Shown here: positions 59,872-64,000 of the stretch, one piece after another
Layout: every line of letters starts with the position of its first letter
Numbering within the stretch: the first letter of the stretch is position 1
Source: an uncultured virus (IMG/VR IMGVR_UViG_3300035670_008414)
Lineage: Duplodnaviria > Heunggongvirae > Uroviricota > Caudoviricetes
Virus record (IMG/VR): IMGVR_UViG_3300035670_008414
Length of the DNA: 64,000 bases
Reading direction: 5' to 3' (one strand)
Program-made: the position numbers and the translations under genes
The notes under the pieces: model-generated
The model's database searches: none
Seen by the model: the letters and a program-made list of their open reading frames with translations, nothing else
What the model was told of the DNA's origin: nothing

Positions 59872-62385
59872 ATGGAAATATCAAATTTTGGATGGACTAG
59901 TGGTTCTGGAGGAGGAGGAGGAGGAGGAAATGCAGTAATATTATTAGGCGCTGGTTCGGGAAGTTCTTATAGATGTGGAAATGGAAATACTTCATCTGGA
60001 AGTTATTCTACTATTTCTGGAGGTCGTAATAATTCGACAAGTTCATATTATAATACCATATCTGGTGGATATGCAAATACAATTTCTGCTTATAGTTTAG
60101 CATCAACAATAGCTGGAGGAACAAACAATTCTTCTTTTAGAAATCATGAATTTATTGGGGGTGGTTGTTTTAATATAACTGGTAATCCTATAAATAAAGC
60201 TGGATTTAATGTCATTGGCGGAGGTTGTTTAAATAATAATTCTGGCACATATTCTTTTATTGGTAGTGGTTCATGTAATTACAATACTAGTGATTTTGCT
60301 GTAATTTCAGGAGGTAAATTTAATTCCATATCATGTAGTTATTCATCAATAAGTGGAGGTTATTTAAACTCAATAAGTGCGAGTTATTCTACTGTTTCTG
60401 GAGGTCGTAGCAATACAGCATCGGGATATGCTTCATTCATAGGAGGTGGAGGTTCAAACTCAGCTTCTGGAAATTATTCAAATATAAGTGGAGGTAATAA
60501 TAATACTGCATCGGGAAATTATTCAAATATATCTGGAGGTCGTAGCAATACAGCATCGGGATATGCTTCATTCATAGGAGGTGGAGGTTCAAACTCAGCT
60601 TCTGGAAATTATTCAAATATAAGTGGAGGTAATAATAATACTGCATCGGGAAATTATTCAAATATATCTGGAGGTGCTGGTAATACTGCTTCTACATTTT
60701 ACACAAATGTAAATGGAGGTGTTAATAATAATTCTGCATCAGATTATTCAGTTATTGGTGGTGGTAAATTAAACACAATAAATCCATTCTCAACTTGTTC
60801 ATTAAATCCAATTATCGGTAATGTAATTGCTGGTGGGAATCAAAATACTATAAATTCAAATAGTGCTTACTATGGAGCAGCAGGAGGGGTAACAATTAGT
60901 GGAGGTTATAATAATACTACTAATTCAGGATATTATGGTTTCAATACAACAAGTGGAGGTTATCAAAATACCATAAGTGGAAATTACCATGTAATATCTG
61001 GAGGTACTTTAAATTCAATTAGCTCTAATTATAATTCATTTTTAGGAGGGGGGTTTAATAATCAAGTGTCTGGAGACAGGTCATTAGTTATTGGTGGTTC
61101 TAATAATGTAGTATCTAATAGTGATTCAATTATCGGAGCAGGTGATTCTAATGTAATTTCTGGGTATAATTCTTCTATTTTTGGGGGGAGTAATTCTCAG
61201 ATATTCTCTGATTATTCATTTATTGGAGCAGGAAATAATAACTGTATTTTAGGAGCTAAACCAAATAATTCAGATTACTCGGTAATATCAGGAGGTCGGC
61301 AAAATTATATTTGTCCAAATTCAAACTACTCAACTATTTCGGGAGGTTATTGTCATTTTACAAAAGGAAGAAGCACAACTATATCAGGGGGTTATAAAAA
61401 CTTTGTTGATGATTGTAATTTAGGTGGGGTTGGAGTTCAGTTTGCTACTGATAACAATGCTGTAATAAGTGGAGGTTTCTGCAATAAAATTTATCATAGA
61501 GTTTGTTCAGGAATAACCTCTGGCAAAGCTTTAGGTAGTAGTACAATAGCAGGTGGTAAATGCAATATAAGTGGAGTTGAAATTACTTCTAATGGACAAC
61601 AAACAGGATTTTCAACTGTGTCTGGAGGATATTGTAATACTGCTAGTTTTAATGCTTCAAGTGTCGGAGGAGGATTTTGCAACTTGGCTCAAGGAAACTA
61701 CGCAACTATTAGTGGGGGTAATAGTAATAGTGTAACTGCTAACTCATCAAACATAGGTGGTGGTTCATGTAACTTAGTTAATTCTATATATTCTAATATT
61801 TCAGGAGGAGATTCAAACAATGTTTGTTCAGATAGCTCTGCAATTTTAGGAGGTAGATTTAATACAACTTGTTCTAATTATTCAGCAATAATAGGAGGAA
61901 CTCAAGGATTAACATATTCTTATGGACAAATAGCAAATGCTTCTGGTTATTTTGCAACTATTGGGGATGCTCAATCTTCAAAATCTATTTTAAGAAAATC
62001 AGCGACATTAAATTCAGCAATTACTTCTCAATTGTTTACTGATGGTAATGCAGGTCTTTTAACTCCTAATGGGAATGATAGACTTTGGAATGTAATGGTT
62101 AAATGGGCGATTGTAACAACTTCGGTTGGTGCTGGTACAGGAACATTAGGAGATGTTATTTATGGAACTGATATATTTTTCTTTAAAAGAGTAGGAGGAA
62201 CTGGAAGTATAAGTACCCAAACTAGAATAGCAAGTCAATCTGATGCTAGTATGTCCACAGCAGACATTCAGTATAGTGTTGGAGGTTCAAATGATTTAAA
62301 AATTGATATGCTTTCTCCTACTACTGCTAATGGAACTACATTTAGAGCAATAGCAACAGTTTATTTTGAGGAAGTAGCTTGGTAA
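59872..62385 (+). CDS. Gly/Ser/Asn-rich beta-helical fibre/spike protein
   Basis: ~15-aa repeats SGxYSxISGGxxNTA throughout; distinct C-terminal domain. Confidence 0.8.
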   Translation: MEISNFGWTSGSGGGGGGGNAVILLGAGSGSSYRCGNGNTSSGSYSTISGGRNNSTSSYYNTISGGYANTISAYSLASTIAGGTNNSSFRNHEFIGGGCFNITGNPINKAGFNVIGGGCLNNNSGTYSFIGSGSCNYNTSDFAVISGGKFNSISCSYSSISGGYLNSISASYSTVSGGRSNTASGYASFIGGGGSNSASGNYSNISGGNNNTASGNYSNISGGRSNTASGYASFIGGGGSNSASGNYSNISGGNNNTASGNYSNISGGAGNTASTFYTNVNGGVNNNSASDYSVIGGGKLNTINPFSTCSLNPIIGNVIAGGNQNTINSNSAYYGAAGGVTISGGYNNTTNSGYYGFNTTSGGYQNTISGNYHVISGGTLNSISSNYNSFLGGGFNNQVSGDRSLVIGGSNNVVSNSDSIIGAGDSNVISGYNSSIFGGSNSQIFSDYSFIGAGNNNCILGAKPNNSDYSVISGGRQNYICPNSNYSTISGGYCHFTKGRSTTISGGYKNFVDDCNLGGVGVQFATDNNAVISGGFCNKIYHRVCSGITSGKALGSSTIAGGKCNISGVEITSNGQQTGFSTVSGGYCNTASFNASSVGGGFCNLAQGNYATISGGNSNSVTANSSNIGGGSCNLVNSIYSNISGGDSNNVCSDSSAILGGRFNTTCSNYSAIIGGTQGLTYSYGQIANASGYFATIGDAQSSKSILRKSATLNSAITSQLFTDGNAGLLTPNGNDRLWNVMVKWAIVTTSVGAGTGTLGDVIYGTDIFFFKRVGGTGSISTQTRIASQSDASMSTADIQYSVGGSNDLKIDMLSPTTANGTTFRAIATVYFEEVAW
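60397..60675 (+). repeat. 135-bp tandem duplication inside fibre gene
   Basis: tctggaggt at 60397, 60532, 60667 with identical intervening sequence. Confidence 0.9.
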
Positions 62386-62396
62386 AAAATTAATTT

Positions 62397-62732
62397 ATGG
62401 CAATAGATTTATTACAAAAAACAACATTAGATATTAACACTCAATTAGCCAGTTATGGTTTATTGATAACCGATGCTACTAAATTGGTATTAATGAATGT
62501 TGGTAGTGGAAACAACTTAACTATACCATTAAATAGTTCAGTACCATTTCCAATAGGCACTCAAATAGTGGTTGGTCAATATGGAAGTGGACAAACTACT
62601 TTTGTAGCGACTGGTGGAGTAACATTAATAAGTGCTGGTGGAAAAACTAAATTAAATGCTCAATATTCTATGGCAACATTAATTAAGATTGCCACAGATG
62701 AATGGATTTTATCGGGAGATATAACTACTTAA
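62397..62732 (+). CDS. Fibre-associated beta protein
   Basis: TIPLNSSVPFPIGTQI..Q.G.GQ.T...GVTL...QYS.ATLIK...DEW.LSGD, typical of phage fibre domains. Confidence 0.7.
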   Translation: MAIDLLQKTTLDINTQLASYGLLITDATKLVLMNVGSGNNLTIPLNSSVPFPIGTQIVVGQYGSGQTTFVATGGVTLISAGGKTKLNAQYSMATLIKIATDEWILSGDITT

Positions 62733-62742
62733 AAATATAATT

Positions 62743-62961
62743 ATGACAAAGGTTGGACTTTTAACAATAGCTCAAAAGGATGAATTAGTAGGACAATGGT
62801 TTGCTCCAGATTCATATTTTAATCCTATTCAAGACATCAATGATGATTGGGTAATATCGACACAAGAAATGGAGCAATGTGTTAATCCTGATTTTATGTG
62901 GGTTAAAGATTTACCTTTAATTGATTATGTTCCAAAGCCACAGCCAGAACCTCCAATATGA
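62743..62961 (+). CDS. Small conserved phage protein
   Basis: YFNPIQDINDDWVIS..E; WVKDLPLI.Y.PKP. Confidence 0.7.
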   Translation: MTKVGLLTIAQKDELVGQWFAPDSYFNPIQDINDDWVISTQEMEQCVNPDFMWVKDLPLIDYVPKPQPEPPI

Positions 62962-64000
62962 TTACAGCATTAGCAGGAGTAGTAGCAAGTTCAATATCTC
63001 AGGTCGCACCTTATGACCCTGATGCACAAGCTTTTTTTACTGCTGAATCTGCGGCTGGAGTAACACTAACTCCTACACAAGAAACTGCTATAAATAATTT
63101 AGTAGTAAACTTAAAGGCTGCTAATATATGGACTAAGTTTAAAGCTTTATATCCAGTAGTAGGAGGAACTGCCACAGCTCACAAATTTAATCTTAAAAAT
63201 CCTGCCGATACTGATGCGGCTTTCAGATTAGCCTTTAGTGGGGGATGGATACATTCGGCAACAGGAATGAAACCTAATGGAACTAATACTTTTGCAAACA
63301 CTTTTTTATCAGCATCAGCAAATTTTACTATTTACAACACTCATCTGAGTGTTTACTCTCGTACACAATCAACAGGTACAAACGAATTTGATATGGGGTA
63401 TTTTGCAAATGGGGTTTCAAGTTTTTTATTATCCGCTTATACTGGTTCGGTAGGTTCTGCATTGTCAGACCAATACTCAAATACACAATCTAGGTTACAA
63501 TATGTCAATACTAATACTTTAGGACATTACATTGGTAATAGACTAGCAGCAAACAATCATAAACTGTATAAAAATGGTTCTCAGGTAGCATCTACAACTT
63601 CTTCAAGTAATTTAGGTTTGACAAATCAATTCCTATACTTAGCAGCATATAGAAGCGGAACATCAGCTTTTGGGAACTCATTAAGAGAACAAGCATTTGC
63701 ATCAATAGGAGAGGGATTAACTGATACTGAAGCTCAGTTGTTTTATCAAATAGTTGAAGGTTATCAATATGAACTAGGAAGAAATATTAATCCTACTTTG
63801 TCATTCTACTATAATCCTGCTTATAATAATGAGACTAATCTTTTCTTATATTCTACTCAAATAACAGATACAACAATTCAAACAGCAACAAATACATTAG
63901 TTTCCGATTTAAAAACTGCTGGAATTTGGACTAAAATGAGAGCTATATATCCAATGGTAGGTGGCACAGCAACTACTCATAAATTTAATCTTGTTAATTC
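62958..64000 (+). CDS. Repeat-domain adhesin/fibre-like protein, truncated by window end
   Basis: ATGA overlap; YDPDAQAFF...LKAANIWTKFKALYPVVGGTATAHKFNL, repeated near the end (LKTAGIWTKMRAIYPMVGGTATTHKFNL). Confidence 0.75.
   Translation, partial: MITALAGVVASSISQVAPYDPDAQAFFTAESAAGVTLTPTQETAINNLVVNLKAANIWTKFKALYPVVGGTATAHKFNLKNPADTDAAFRLAFSGGWIHSATGMKPNGTNTFANTFLSASANFTIYNTHLSVYSRTQSTGTNEFDMGYFANGVSSFLLSAYTGSVGSALSDQYSNTQSRLQYVNTNTLGHYIGNRLAANNHKLYKNGSQVASTTSSSNLGLTNQFLYLAAYRSGTSAFGNSLREQAFASIGEGLTDTEAQLFYQIVEGYQYELGRNINPTLSFYYNPAYNNETNLFLYSTQITDTTIQTATNTLVSDLKTAGIWTKMRAIYPMVGGTATTHKFNLVN

Larger units (their letters stand above)
1..64000. mobile_element. Segment of a large, probably tailless membrane-containing bacteriophage (likely Bacteroidota host)
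   Basis: No cellular housekeeping genes; SSB, polyvalent anti-defence proteins, A32-like ATPase, candidate capsid proteins, many TM proteins, fibre genes; tightly packed/overlapping ORFs. Confidence 0.85.

Noticed and set aside
343..61682. Numerous short antisense/overlapping ORFs in the track (e.g. 343-582, 2907-3167, 9318-9584, 20906-21235, 38352-38576, 49836-50225, 61494-61682)
   Set aside because: They lie opposite or within longer well-supported genes and have the F/S/L/I-rich composition of shadow frames.
59872..62385. GG dipeptides in the fibre and in TM helices as cleavage linkers
   Set aside because: They are structural repeats (ISGG) or Gly-zipper TM motifs, not the [YF]xxGG inter-domain context.

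Overview
AT-rich, gene-dense 64-kb segment of a large bacterial virus. The host is probably Bacteroidota: TAnnTTTG -7 promoter elements, no Shine-Dalgarno sites, a DUF3127-type SSB-like gene. No terminase, portal, HK97 capsid or tape measure is recognisable. Instead there is an FtsK/HerA (A32/P9-like) ATPase (26209-27060), a highly expressed beta-rich candidate major capsid protein (37793-38596) with two divergent paralogues, about 25 small single-TM membrane proteins and fibre/spike genes. This points to a tailless, membrane-containing virus with an unusually large genome. The most striking feature is a set of about 10 cargo polyproteins. Their domains (topoisomerase IB, several ADP-ribosyltransferase-like modules, GNAT, N6-MTase, strawberry-notch helicase, LPD1, ArdA) are delimited by more than 30 copies of a [YF]xxGG linker. 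Five of these polyproteins, plus one acidic scaffold-like protein, end in the same ~45-aa C-terminal tag (..I/LG.EP.YP...VG...L.K.FL.PYY..). Together these suggest a tag-directed packaging and GG-cleavage system, whose linker DNA also marks a recent module duplication. A glycosylation/sulfation island (GTs, 3 sulfotransferases, APS kinase, HIGH-type nucleotidyltransferase) lies at 28-37 kb. Family assignments come from visual motif recognition only; no searches were run.
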